The notes under the pieces: generated by a model
Told to the model about the DNA's origin: nothing
What the model saw: only the letters and a program-made list of their open reading frames with translations
The model's database searches: none
Program-made: the position numbers and the translations under genes
Shown: positions 52,690 through 64,000 of the stretch, one piece after another
How the letters are laid out: each line of letters starts with the position of its first letter
Numbering within the stretch: the first letter of the stretch is position 1
Source: Ylistrum balloti
Lineage: Eukaryota
DNA length: 64,000 nt
Reading direction: 5' to 3'
NCBI RefSeq assembly: GCF_031769215.1
Contig: NW_026782064.1
Coordinates: forward strand, 1,116,001 to 1,180,000

Positions 52690-53400
52690 TTACTCTGATT
52701 ACTTTGGATAACAAGCTATGGACCTCCCGCATGTTGGTCAGTAACCAGTTACCAGCTACTGTAGCTACCACTTTAAAATGAGTTGGTGTTATGAGGTGAT
52801 AGCTGGTGGCTATCTGACGGGCAGTCATCGACGAGAACAAACAAACGCCATATGAATGGGAGATAACAGCACATGTTAACCAGTGTGGCGATTTAAGTCT
52901 CATGGGGTTTGAAACATTTCAATGTTCTGGCTTGCTTTCCCTTTCATCATATAGTTATTTTGAGGTTCTCGCGGAATATGTACGGTTGACATGCTCCGTT
53001 CATCTGAATTCAGCTTTTAGGATCATGGCGTCGACAATTCTGGTTTGATTGTGGTCCAGGACTTCAATGTCTGTGATCCTCTGGTGCCATTTGATGTGAA
53101 AAAGTGGAGGCAAACTGAGCTGTTTGATGTCAGTCCTCCATTCAGGTCCAGGTCTCGCCTCCAAGAAGAAGGCTACATGTAGTGATGGCAGTTGTCTTGT
53201 AGACGTTCAGGTTGATGGAAATAAGTAGTGATACACCAGGGGATCAAATGATGTTATAAGATCGAATGATTTACATATCATAAAACGTTGAATTAGTTGC
53301 ACTTGAAAAATAACTAACTCGTGAAAAGCTTTCTCTGCTATCCGGCATACTACTCGATCCCTACTGACAGAGACAAGCTTTGCGATCACTGAGGATTTTC
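52690..53400 (-). mobile_element. RTE-clade (BovB-like) LINE 3' relic
   Basis: - strand translation gives LNVYKTTAITT..LLLGGETWT, IKQL and FHIKWHQRITDIEVLDHNQTRIVDAMILKAEFR*TEHVNR, matching the recalled RTE C-terminus (LLYGSETWT; HIKWQDRITNVEVL..SIEAMLLKSQLRWAGHV). Contains stops. Confidence 0.75.
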
Positions 53401-53426
53401 ATTAAATCGTAAGAGAACAATCTTCG

Positions 53427-54990
53427 CACTGGCGGCGGACATGGTGTGGTGTTCTCTGTCAGGCGGCGGACAGGATGTGGTGTTCTCTGTCAGGAGGCGG
53501 ACATGGTGTGGTGTTCTCTGTAAGGCGGCGGACAGGGTGTGGTGATCTCTGTCAGGCGGCGGACAGTGTGTGGTGTTCTCTGTCAGGCGGCGGACAGGGT
53601 GTGATGTTCTCTGTCAGGCGGCGGACAGGTTGTGGTGTACTCTGTAAGGCGGCGTACAGGGTGTGGTTTCTCTGTCAGGCGGCGGACAGGGTGTGGTGTT
53701 CTCTGTCAGGCGGCAGACAGGATGTGGTGTTCTCTGTCAGGCGACGGACAGGGTGTGGTGTTCTCTGTCAGGCGGCGGACAGGATGTGGTGTTCTCTGTC
53801 AGGCGGCAGACAGGATGTGGTGTTCTCTGTCAGGCGACGGACAGAAGTGGTGTTCTCTGTCAGGCAGCGGACAGGATGTGGTGTTCTCTGTCAGGCACCG
53901 GACAGGGTGTGATGTTCTCTGTCAGGCGGCGGACAGGGTGTGGTGTTCTCTGTCAGGCGGTGGGCAGTGTGTGTTGTTATCTGTCAGGCGGCGGACAGGG
54001 TGTGATGTTCTCTGTCAGGCGGCGGACAGAATGTGGTGTTCTCTGTCAGGCGACGGACAGGAAGTGGTGTTCTCTGTCAGGCGGCGGACAGGGTGGGGTG
54101 TTCTCTGTCAGGTCGCGGGCAGTGTGTGTTGTTATCTGTCAAGCGGCGGACTGGTTGTGGTGTTCTCTGTAAGGCGGCGGACAGGGTGTGGTTTCTCTGT
54201 CAGGCGGCGGACAGGGTGTGATGTTTTCTTTCAGGCGGCGGACATGGTGTGGTGTTCTCTTTCAGGCGGCGGACAAGGTGTGGTGTTCTCTGTCAGGCGG
54301 CGGACAGGGTGTGGTGTTCTCTGTAAGGTGGCGGACAGGGTGTGGTCTCTCTGTCAGGCGGCGGACAGGGTGTGGTGTTTTCTGTCAGGCGGCGGACAGG
54401 GTGTGGTGTTCTCTGTAAGGTGGCGGACAGGGTGTGGTCTCTCTGTCAGGCGGCGGACAGGGTGTGGTGTTTTCTGTCAGGCGGCGGACATGATGTGTTG
54501 TTCTCTGTCAGGCGGCGGACTGGTTGTGGTTTCTCTGTCAGGTGGCGGACAGTGAGTGGTGTTCTTTGTCAGGCGGTGGACAGGGTGTGGTGTTCTCTGT
54601 AAGGCGGCGGACAGGGTGTGGTTTCTCTGTCAGGCGGCGGACAGGGTGTGGTGTTCTCTGTCAGGCGGCGGACAGGGTGTGATGTTATCTGTCAGGCGGC
54701 GGACAGGGTGTGGTGTTCTCTATCAGGCGGCGGACAAGGTGTGGTGTTCTCTGTCAGACGGCGGTCAAGGTGTGGTGTTCTCTGTCAGGCGGCGGACAAG
54801 GTGTGGTGTTCTCTGTCAGACGGCGGTCAAGGTGTGGTGTTCTCTGTCAGGCGGTGGACAGGTTGTAGTGTTCTCTGTCAGGCGGCGGACATGGTGTGGT
54901 GTTCTCTGTCAGGCGGCGGACAGGGTGTGGTGTTCTCTGTCAGGCGGCGGACAGGGTGTGATGTTCTCTGTCAGGCGAAGGACAAGGTGT
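53427..54990. repeat. 31-bp GC-rich, strand-asymmetric minisatellite, about 50 copies
   Basis: Unit ggcggcggacagggtgtggtgttctctgtca; it produces the overlapping SVRRRTGCGVLCQAADRVWCSLSGGGQGVVF ORFs. Confidence 0.97.
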
Positions 54991-55979
54991 TGTGTCCTCA
55001 ATCCTGGTTTAGATTGGTAATTTTTACATAAAGATGTAGAATAAATGAGTAGGATAACCCCAGAAGAGAAGAAAGGACAATATGGGACTTAATATTATAT
55101 TCTATGTATATAACAAACACATAATTATTATTATTTCAAACAAGATATCAATCAATCCTTTCTGATTGTTCTGCGTAGTATTTCTGACTCCGTGATCATT
55201 TTCAGTTACTTATATTTACAGATACAAATGAGTTTATGTTTGCAGTGAGAAATCAATCGAGCTCCTACATGTACATAGGACGGGAGTATGTACCATTTTA
55301 AGTCTTTTTATAGTCCATAATCTTTCGATTAGTGTAAGATTAAGTACGTTTTACCTGTATAAAGTGAAGCCTAATTATTTCCCTACACGAGCATATTGAC
55401 AAGGTATTACGTACTGGACATATTATTTAAATATATGTAAAACTTTAAAGCTTCTCACCTACTCAGGTACGTTCTAAAAGGAAACGTAGTCATTATTTTT
55501 TCTTTTTGTAAGAAAAAGGAATATTAAAATGCATTTAACTTCAAGTCTTCCAACTTTCAAAGTCCATACAGGAATAATGAACTCCCATACCAAACACCTA
55601 AATACATTTATACGCTCTCCAAACGTCTGGTTTTATTTTGAAAACTGGTTATATTTGGAAAGGACAGTAACAACCATAACTGTGTGAACGTGGCTACCTG
55701 AAAACCATTTGTACATATTAGATGTGTCTTATCTGTATACTCTGAACATACACGTATGTGTGAGTATGGAGATGGGATTTACTTGTCCACAAACATAATT
55801 ATATAGAAGCCGTTCACCTATACACAAACTTTGTATATTAAGCAGATTAGTTTTACTTGTTGACAAACTTTGTACAAAATTATGGTGACGTGGGCAAACT
55901 TAGTACATACCATTATTAGATGATATGACGCAGTTTAACTGTCTACAAACTTTTCTTAAGTGAGATAAAATACCACGTT

Positions 55980-58580
55980 TGGCTAGTTATGCTAACCGTC
56001 TTTCGCGCTCTGGTTAGTTATGCTGAAGCGCGGTCCTACTGACCATACTTCGCGCTCTGGTTTTTATTCTGAAGCGCGGTCCTACTGACCATACTTCGCG
56101 CTCTGGTTTTTATGCTGAAGCGCGGTCCTACTGACCATACTTCGCGCTCTGGTTAGTTATGCTGAAGCGCGGTCCTACTGACCATACTTCGCGCTCTGGT
56201 TTTTATGCTGAAGCGCGGTCCTACTGACCATACTTCGCGCTCTGGTTAGTTATGCTGAAGCGAGGTCCTACTGACCATACCTCGCGCTCTGGTTAGTTAT
56301 GCTGAAGCGCGGTCCTACTGACCATACTTCGCGCTCTGGTTTTTCTGCTAAAGCGCGGTCCTACTGACCATACTTCGCGCTTTGGTTAGTTATGCTGAAG
56401 CGCGGTCCTACTGACCATACTTCGCGCTCTGGTTTTTATGCTAAAGTGCGGTCCTACTGACCATACTTCGCGCTCTGGTTTTTCTGCTAAAGCGCGGTCC
56501 TACTGACCATACTTCGCGCTCTGGTTTTTCTGCTAAAGCGCGGTCCTACTGACCATACTTCGCGCTTTGGTTAGTTATGCTGAAGCGCGGTCCTACTGAC
56601 CATACTTCGCGCTCTGGTTTTTATGCTAAAGTGCGGTCCTACTGACCATAATTCGCGTTCTGGTTAGTTATGCTGAAGCGCGGTCCTAATGACCATACTT
56701 CGCGCTCTGGTTTTTATGCTAAAGTGCGGTCCTACTGACCATACTTCGCGTTCTGGTTAGTTATGCTGAAGCGCGGTCCTAATGACCATACTTCGCGCTC
56801 TGGTTTTTCTGCTAAAGCGCGGTCCTACTGACCATACTTCGCGCTCTGGTTTTTATGCTAAAGTGCGGTCCTACTGACCATAATTCGCGTTCTGGTTAGT
56901 GCTGAAGCGCGGTCCTAATGACCATATGCTGAAGCGCGGTCCTGACCATACTTCGCGCTCTGGTTAGTTATGCTGAAGCGCGGTCCTACTGACCATACTT
57001 CGCGCTCTGGTTAGTTATGCTGAAGCGCGGTCCTACTGACCATACTTCGCGCTCTGGTTAGTTATGCTAAAGCGCGGTCCTACTGACCATACTTCGCGCT
57101 CTGGTTAGTTATGCTGAAATGTGGTCCTACTGACCATACTTCGCGCTCTGGTTAGTTATGCTGAAGCGCGGTCCTACTGACCATACTTCGCGCTCTGGTT
57201 TTTATGCTGAAGCGCGGTCCTACTGACCATACTTCGCGCTCTGGTTTTTATGCTGAAGCGCGGTCCTACTGACCATACTTCGCGCTCTGGTTAGTTATGC
57301 TGAAGCGAGGTCCTACTGACCATACCTCGCGCTCTGGTTAGTTATGCTGAAGCGCGGTCCTACTGACCATACTTCGCGCTCTGGTTTTTCTGCTAAAGCG
57401 CGGTCCTACTGACCATACTTCGCGCTTTGGTTAGTTATGCTGAAGCGCGGTCCTACTGACCATACTTCGCGCTCTGGTTTTTATGCTAAAGTGCGGTCCT
57501 ACTGACCATAATTCGCGTTCTGGTTAGTTATGCTGAAGCGCGGTCCTAATGACCATACTTCGCGCTCTGGTTAGTTATGCTGAAGCGCGGTCCTACTGAC
57601 CATACTTCGCGCTCTGCTTAGTTATGCTGAAGCGCGGTCCTACTGACCATACTTCGCCCTCTGGTTAGTTATGCTGAAGCGCGGTCCTACTGACCATACT
57701 TCGCGCTTTGGTTAGTTATGCTAAAGCGCGGTCCTAATGACCATACTTCGCGCTCTGGTTTTTATGCTGAAGTGTGGTCCTACTGACCATACTTCGCGCT
57801 CTGGTTAGTTATGCTGAAGCGCGGTCCTACTGACCATACTTCGCGCTCTGGTTAGTTATGCTGAAGCGCGGTCCTATTGACCATACTTCGCGCTCTGGTT
57901 TTTATGCTGAAGCGCGGTCCTACTGACCATACTTCGCGCTCTGGTTTTTATGCTGAAGCGCGGTCCTACTGACCATACTTTGCGCTCTGGTTAGTTATGC
58001 TGAAGCGCGGTCCTACTGACCATACTTCGCGCTCTGGTTAGTTATGCTGAAGCGCGGTCCTGCTGACCATACTTCGCGCTCTGGTTAGTTATGCCAAAGT
58101 TCAGGCTTGCTGACTGTACTTCGCGTCGTGATTAATCAAACTGTAGCGCACTTGATATTCATGCTACATTGCGATCCTTCCGCCTGTACTGGTTAGTTAT
58201 ACTGAAACAAAATCCTAGTGACAATTCTTCGCTCTTTTGGTTAGTTATGTTGTAGCGCGGTCCTCCCTGACGGTTAGTTATGGCGAAGCGCAACCCTGCT
58301 GACTATTCTTTCCGCGATAGTTAGTTATGTTGAGGTGCGGTCCTCCCTGACTGTACTTCGCGCCGCAGTTAGTTATGGCGAAGCGCAACCCTGCTGACTA
58401 TTCTTTCCGCGACAGTTAGTTATGTTGAGGCGCGGTCCTCCCTGACTGTACTTCGCGCCGCAGTTAGTTATGGCGAAGCGCAACCCTGCTGACTATTCTT
58501 TCCGCGACAGTTAGTTATGTTGAGGCGCGGTCATCCCTGACTGTACTTCGCGCTGCGGTTAGTTATGGCGAAGCGTGGTC
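55980..58580. repeat. 46/47-bp CpG-rich minisatellite (about 45 homogeneous units to about 58095, then a diverged dimeric tail)
   Basis: Unit gcgctctggttagttatgctgaagcgcggtcctactgaccatacttc (47 bp) and a 46-bp ttttt variant. Confidence 0.97.
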
Positions 58581-59084
58581 TTGCCAAACCAGATCGTGTT
58601 TATCCTATGATTGATTAGCAGTAGAAATCCACAGCTTACCGAAATACAATATGACACAGCAGTGTTCGATATCGGCGTTTATCTCTGTCAAACAAAACCA
58701 AATAATTCAATCTCGTCAATAAGTAAAACACGGATTTACGTGAGTATTATAAGATTGGAAATGAGTATCATATTTATTGAAACTTGTAGGATATAATTCT
58801 TGTTCAAAAATGTCAAAAATACAGTTTTAGGCGTACCGGTACTATTCATCACACAAATATCTGAACAATTACATTAAATTACGGTGTTAAACCTCCCGTA
58901 ATGCATATCATGACTTTAGGTGTAGTTCTGTAAAAGATCAGAAATTTTATTTGATGTGTTTCCATAAGCAGATAACAAAAATATGTATATCACACGATTG
59001 ATGTTGTTCTATAAGCAGTTTTTCAAAACATGATTTAGAAATTCCGAACGAAACGCTGGCAAATGTGTGCATTTGGCCTACTAT

Positions 59085-59160
59085 CTGCTGTGACGCCGTC
59101 TTCATTGTGACGTGGCACTATTGTGACGTCATGGGTTGTTGTCAGGCGGGGCTGATCACC
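59085..59160 (+). promoter_or_regulatory. Putative promoter: CRE cluster and GC box
   Basis: tgacgcc (about 59092), tgacgtgg (59108), perfect TGACGTCA (59124-59131) and ggcggggc lie directly upstream of aaaATG at 59164. Confidence 0.55.
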
Positions 59161-59163
59161 AAA

Positions 59164-62100
59164 ATGTCGGCAATTTACGGACAGGATCCTCTATCGCCGT
59201 TTGCAAGGTAAGACTAAGGTCACATCTACGTCATAAGTATATCGTAGGGTGCAGTCTTTATAGAATGATTTCATGACTGTCCCTACGTTATAAACAATAT
59301 GAAGGATCATGTGTCAGACATGTGTTAGTTAGGTGAGGACAGGGATGTATGTACACTTAATCAAATATCGGTCACTTCATATTGAGATGGTGTATTTCAA
59401 TCATATTTACATTTTGTATATCGTTAAAATCTACCAGTTTTCGTCAATCAATAATGACATGTACATTGACGGGTATTTTGGAAGTTTTAAGAAAATCATT
59501 ATTCTTCTAATATCAAACTACATGTAGCATGACAAAATTATGAACAGTAACCAGCCTATGTACCAACATCAGCCACGTCCTCCGGACCGGTGATTTCCAG
59601 AGGACCATGTCAGCTTACAGACACATAAAACAATCGTTTATACCATGTTTCTGATCAATTTTCACAGTTATTATCGACGTAATGGCATAATTCCCCCGAT
59701 TATGGATTTAAACAGACCTCCGGGGTACGTCCGTATTTGTTATGTAGAACGCCGTTTGATCAGTAGATCTTATGGCGTTACAGCCTTACTGCTTGTTTAG
59801 CAATCTATTTTCAGTGGTAACTATATGTAAATATACGTTGTACGAAATGGCGGAACGTTCTGTACTTGTACGATCAGTATGCACGGTACTGTCAGGCTCC
59901 CAATGTTTCACAGTGTTAATGAAGAAGGAATATTTGTATGGAGAGGTTTTTGGTATTTTTTGACTGTATTCGATATAACTGTGAACTGTCTTAATCTAAT
60001 GTTTGAATAGGAAGAGTTGAATTTACGGGGAAGGTAATTTGTTTGGCTCCAGTGTTTCTATCTTCAGGCTGTTTCTCATCGTAGTCATTGACCCTGGATA
60101 TCTGCTGTTATACACGTAGTTATCCTTTACGAACCGTACATACATATTTACATACCGTTTTGAAATCTTTTAAGTTTATCAAAATAACCCTGTATATATT
60201 CATTCCAAATCCTAGCCACGTATTTTATCATAGAACTGACCAGGGTTAGGAATGTAGTTTTACCGTAAGGAAAGCTTAGGGTGGTGTTTTCTTACACTAT
60301 AGATATAATTTATTTATATGCTATATTTGAGATCCTTTTATTCTTCGTTTGTTGATGAAAGGTTCATAGAATTTTGAAGATTGCTGGTGCATTGGTAGGA
60401 TATAGCATTTTCGGACGTTAAATTGAATTTTTGTTTTCAAAAAGTATTTAAGTCTGTCTAGAGGATGTCACGGTCTTGTTCTTTGTTGACGTAAAAATGT
60501 TTATATGGTATAAATGTTAGAAGTAGATCTGATATGTAAGTGTACGCTTTTTCACAAAATTATTGAAGGTTTATTTCCGTTTTTTGTGCTTCAACGTTAC
60601 CATTTAGACTCGGTATATGTAAGATGAAGTTGAAGTCATCATGCCTCTGACTGCTGTTAAACAAAAGTTTTTAAAACATTTAGAAATGATGTAAAACTGT
60701 TACAGGCCCCCTGGTACTGTCGACAACCAATTGTGGTCGCCCCGGTTAAAGCCACGCTGGGGGGAATATGACGTCATCAGTAAAGATGGGCGTGACTGTC
60801 GGGTGTCAGATGGTCTATCGAGATTGTGAGTAAGATAGCAGACAGACTGCAGCAATATCTCAATTTATTAATAACTTAGATATACTTACATAGAGGCTGT
60901 AAAATTATAAAGATGTTAAAACGAAATTGAGATGAAACTATCGTTAAAATTATAATCAAGCTTCATACAATGTGCATTAGTTACCAATCAATAACAAAAA
61001 CTCCAGTGTAAAGGTTTTTGTTTGGAATGAGTTGGACTTTTCAACTGTTCACATGAACGGTATTGCCCGATGCTCAGTGACTTGTTTATATGATTTGTAT
61101 GTACGAAGAAATGCCATAGCTATGATGATGATTATAATTGGTAATAGTTTAATTAACATGTGGTTAACTCTTTAATTAAACAGAATTTAATGGTTGATCC
61201 AGTGATTATTAAAGCGCTGATACGCCTTCTGGGCGGCTGATGTGTTCTGAACTTGTTAACAAATGGTAAAGACATTGTTGTAACCTGGTCTTATTAATGT
61301 ATATTGACAGTCGCAGTAATTTTGACTGTTGTCATCAAGCTGAAGTCGTCGGAAGCCATGATCCAATCGATACCTTCGGCTGTCATAGGTAAGTTCTTGT
61401 CTTGTAATCCTTTCGGAGTTACCTCCCTTCGCCCTGCTCAACGCTATGCTGAAGCGTAAGGTAAGCGTAGAAAATACGAAAGATTGTGAAAAAAAGACTG
61501 GAAATTTACACCATAATCATGCCCATGGTCTCCGGACAAGTCCGAGTCCATTACACCAGACTGGAGATTTAGACAAAATGCAAAGCCTTCGGTCTTCGTA
61601 TAAATCACAATCCATCATTACCAGATTGGAGATTTAGAGCCGCCATTACTAAGACTTCAGTCTCTAGTCCGAATCCATCATAATACACTGGCGATTTACA
61701 CCAATGTCAGGCCTATGGTTTCGAGACAAGCCCGAATCTATCCTAACAGACTGGAGATTTACACCCTTATCAGGCCTACCGTGTCCGGACAATACCAAAT
61801 CCTTAATGTCAGACTGGATATTTAGACCTTGCCAGGCCTACTGTGGCTGGATAACACCGAATCCATGATAACAGACTTGAGATTTAGACCTTGCTAGGCC
61901 TACTGTGACTGGATAACACCGAATCCATGATAACAGACTTGAGATTTAGACCTTGTCAGGCCTACTGTGGCTGGATAACACCGAATTCATGATAACAGAC
62001 TGGAGATTTAGACCTTGTCAGGCCTACTGTGACTGGATAACACCGAATCCATGATAATAGACTTGAGATTTAGACCTTGTCACGCCTACTGTGGCTGGAT

Positions 62101-63271
62101 AACACCGAATTCATGATAACAGACTTCAGATTTAGACCTTGTCAGGCCTACTGTGGCTGGATAACACCGAATCCATCATAACAGACTTGAGATTTAGACC
62201 TTGTCAGGCCTACTGTGGCTGGATAACACCGAATCCATGATAAAAGACTTGAGATTTAGACCTTGCTAGGCCTACTGTGGCTGGATAACACCGAATTCAT
62301 GATAACAGAAATAGAGATTTAGACCTTGCTAGGCCTATACTGTGGCTGGATAACACCGAATCCATCATAGCAGATTGGAGATTTAGACCTTGCTAATCCA
62401 TGATAACAGACTTGAGATTTAGACCTTGTCAGGCCTACTGTGGCTGGATAACACCGAATTCATGATAACAGACTTGAGATTTAGACCTTGCCAGGCCTAC
62501 TGTGGCTGGATAACACCGAATCCATGATAACAGATTGGAGATTTATTTTATCTCCATTCTGCTGCGCTTTAGTGTATCCATCTGCGTTTTAAAACACACG
62601 AGTTTGTAGATAGTTTTGGGGTGAAGCATTTTTTAGCGTTGGTAATAAGAATACTATGTGTTTGGGATTTTAAACTTTAACTTTAAGTTTCACGGAAAAA
62701 GAAAAAAAAGAAATATTTCAGTTGTTTCTCTGTCGAAAACCTTTTTAAAGGAGGTGGGTTTAAAATGGACCCATGATTGCGTGAAAATCCTCGTGTGTAG
62801 CCCATGATTTAAGATCCTTTTACTCTCCCAAAATTGGTGAAAAGTTCGATTTTTGAAAGCACAGAATTACTGATGCACATTATAATAAGTTTATTGTAAT
62901 GATTTTTGTGGAGGATCATCCACTTTGTCGTTTCATGGTGATATAAATCATTTTTATTTATGACATCATCACATTTTGTTACCTTTAATGCCTACCTTAA
63001 TCGTTAAATTATTGACACCTTGACCAATTGGACATTGACCAGTTTGACCTTGATCACTCCGACATTGACTAGTTTGACCGAGATCAGTTCGACCTTGACC
63101 AGTTTGACCTTGATCACTTCGACAAGTCTGACCTTGCCTAGTCGCATTATTAATTATTAAGAATGATTATAAAATGTGTTATATGAAACCAAGGTTGTTT
63201 AGTTTAGAATACTGATATTGTTTTTACGTCTTACATTTCAGATTACCGAAGCCTCTAGAAGCAGATCACAG
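59164..63271 (+). CDS. 5' part of an unidentified spliced gene (continues beyond the last exon seen)
   Basis: First coding exon 59164-59207 (caccaaaATG...GCAAG|gtaaga, phase 2) joins in frame to a 30-nt exon at 63242-63271 (acatttcag|...cacag|gtatac), giving MSAIYGQDPLSPFARLPKPLEADH. Protein not recognised. Confidence 0.55.
61497..62545. repeat. 62-bp minisatellite, about 17 units, decayed at the left and homogeneous from about 61815
   Basis: Unit gagatttagaccttgtcaggcctactgtggctggataacaccgaatccatgataacagactt. Confidence 0.95.
63016..63140. repeat. Short degenerate 15-bp repeat (gaccttgaccagttt-like)
   Basis: Repeated ttgaccagtttgaccttgatcacttcgac motifs. Confidence 0.75.
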
Positions 63272-63401
63272 GTATACCTTAAACAATATAAAATATTTCC
63301 ATCATTGTAAAGGGTCATCATGTTTTAGACCGTCAATATGTAGTCATATGTCCTTAACTGCTGTGGATGCTACTGTATGAATACAGAATGATGAAGTTGA
63401 A

Positions 63402-63895
63402 AAATCACAACTCACAATTAAACTTACACGGTCGTCTTAGAACTCACAATTAAACGTACACTATCGTCTCAGAACTTACAGTTCAATTTACACGGTCGTC
63501 TTAGAACTCACAACTCAACTTACACGGTCGTCTTAGAACTCACAGTTCAACTTACACGGTCGTCTTAGAACTCACAACTCAACTTACACGGTCGTCTTAG
63601 AACTCACAGTTCAACTTACACGGTCGTCTTAGAACTCACAATTAAACTTACACTATCGTCTCAGAACTTACAGTTCAATTTACACGGTCGTCTTAGAACT
63701 CACAACTCAGCTTACACGGTCGTCTTAGAACTCACAACTCAACTTACATGGTCGTCTCAGAGCTCACAGCTCAACTTACACGGTCGTCTCGGAACTCACA
63801 GTTCAACTTACACGATCGTCTCGGAACTCACAACTCAACTTACACGGTCGTCTCAGAACCCACAACTCCACTTACAAGATCGTCTTTGAACTCAC
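63402..63895. repeat. 32-bp minisatellite, about 15 copies
   Basis: Unit agaactcacaactcaacttacacggtcgtctt. Confidence 0.95.
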
Positions 63896-64000
63896 GAACT
63901 AATTTACATTGTATTTGGTCGTTTTAGCGCTCAGCGTTGTAAGTTGCCTTTTATGTTTGAATTTAAGGTATCAAGTTTTGGTTCAAAAAGAAGGATACGT

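Noticed and set aside
7178-55031. ORF-track ORFs inside repeats (7178, 11299, 32454, 44219/44233, 53475-55031)
   Set aside because: They arise from stop-free repeat units, are often open in several frames at once, and lack start or splice context.
62745-62990. TTAA-flanked segment resembling a Kolobok-type MITE
   Set aside because: The inverted termini match over only about 3-4 bp.
5877-63895. Regularly spaced repeats as CRISPR arrays
   Set aside because: The units are contiguous with no unique spacers, there are no cas genes, and the context is eukaryotic.

Overview
Eukaryotic, AT-rich, intron-containing genomic DNA with the repeat landscape of a bivalve mollusc (scallop-like; the taxon is an inference). 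Spliced gene models built by hand from the sequence: (1) a complete 6-exon PDSS2 (decaprenyl-diphosphate synthase subunit 2, + strand, 1249-5271); (2) two tandem 3-exon DUF1772/anthrone-oxygenase-like paralogs on the - strand (14024-17006 canonical, 17716-19373 strongly diverged); (3) head-to-head with the second paralog, a 3-exon, 93-aa type-I membrane microprotein missed by the ORF track (19717-22656); (4) two large single-coding-exon orphan ORFs of 465 aa (-) and 458 aa (+); (5) the 5' start of an unidentified gene at 59164 with a possible alternative first exon. Roughly 12 kb (about a fifth of the window) is made up of nine unrelated minisatellite arrays (units 15/22, 28, 33/35, 54, 55, 31, 46/47, 62 and 32 bp). 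There are also relics of Penelope-like, RTE and other non-LTR retroelements and MITE-like elements. The most striking unexplained signal is that the 33/35-bp minisatellite at 10510-11541 reads on the - strand as tandem copies of a minimal type-I hammerhead ribozyme core with a disabled catalytic core; a related single hammerhead relic lies at 21000-21041. No rRNA, tRNA gene or CRISPR array is supported.
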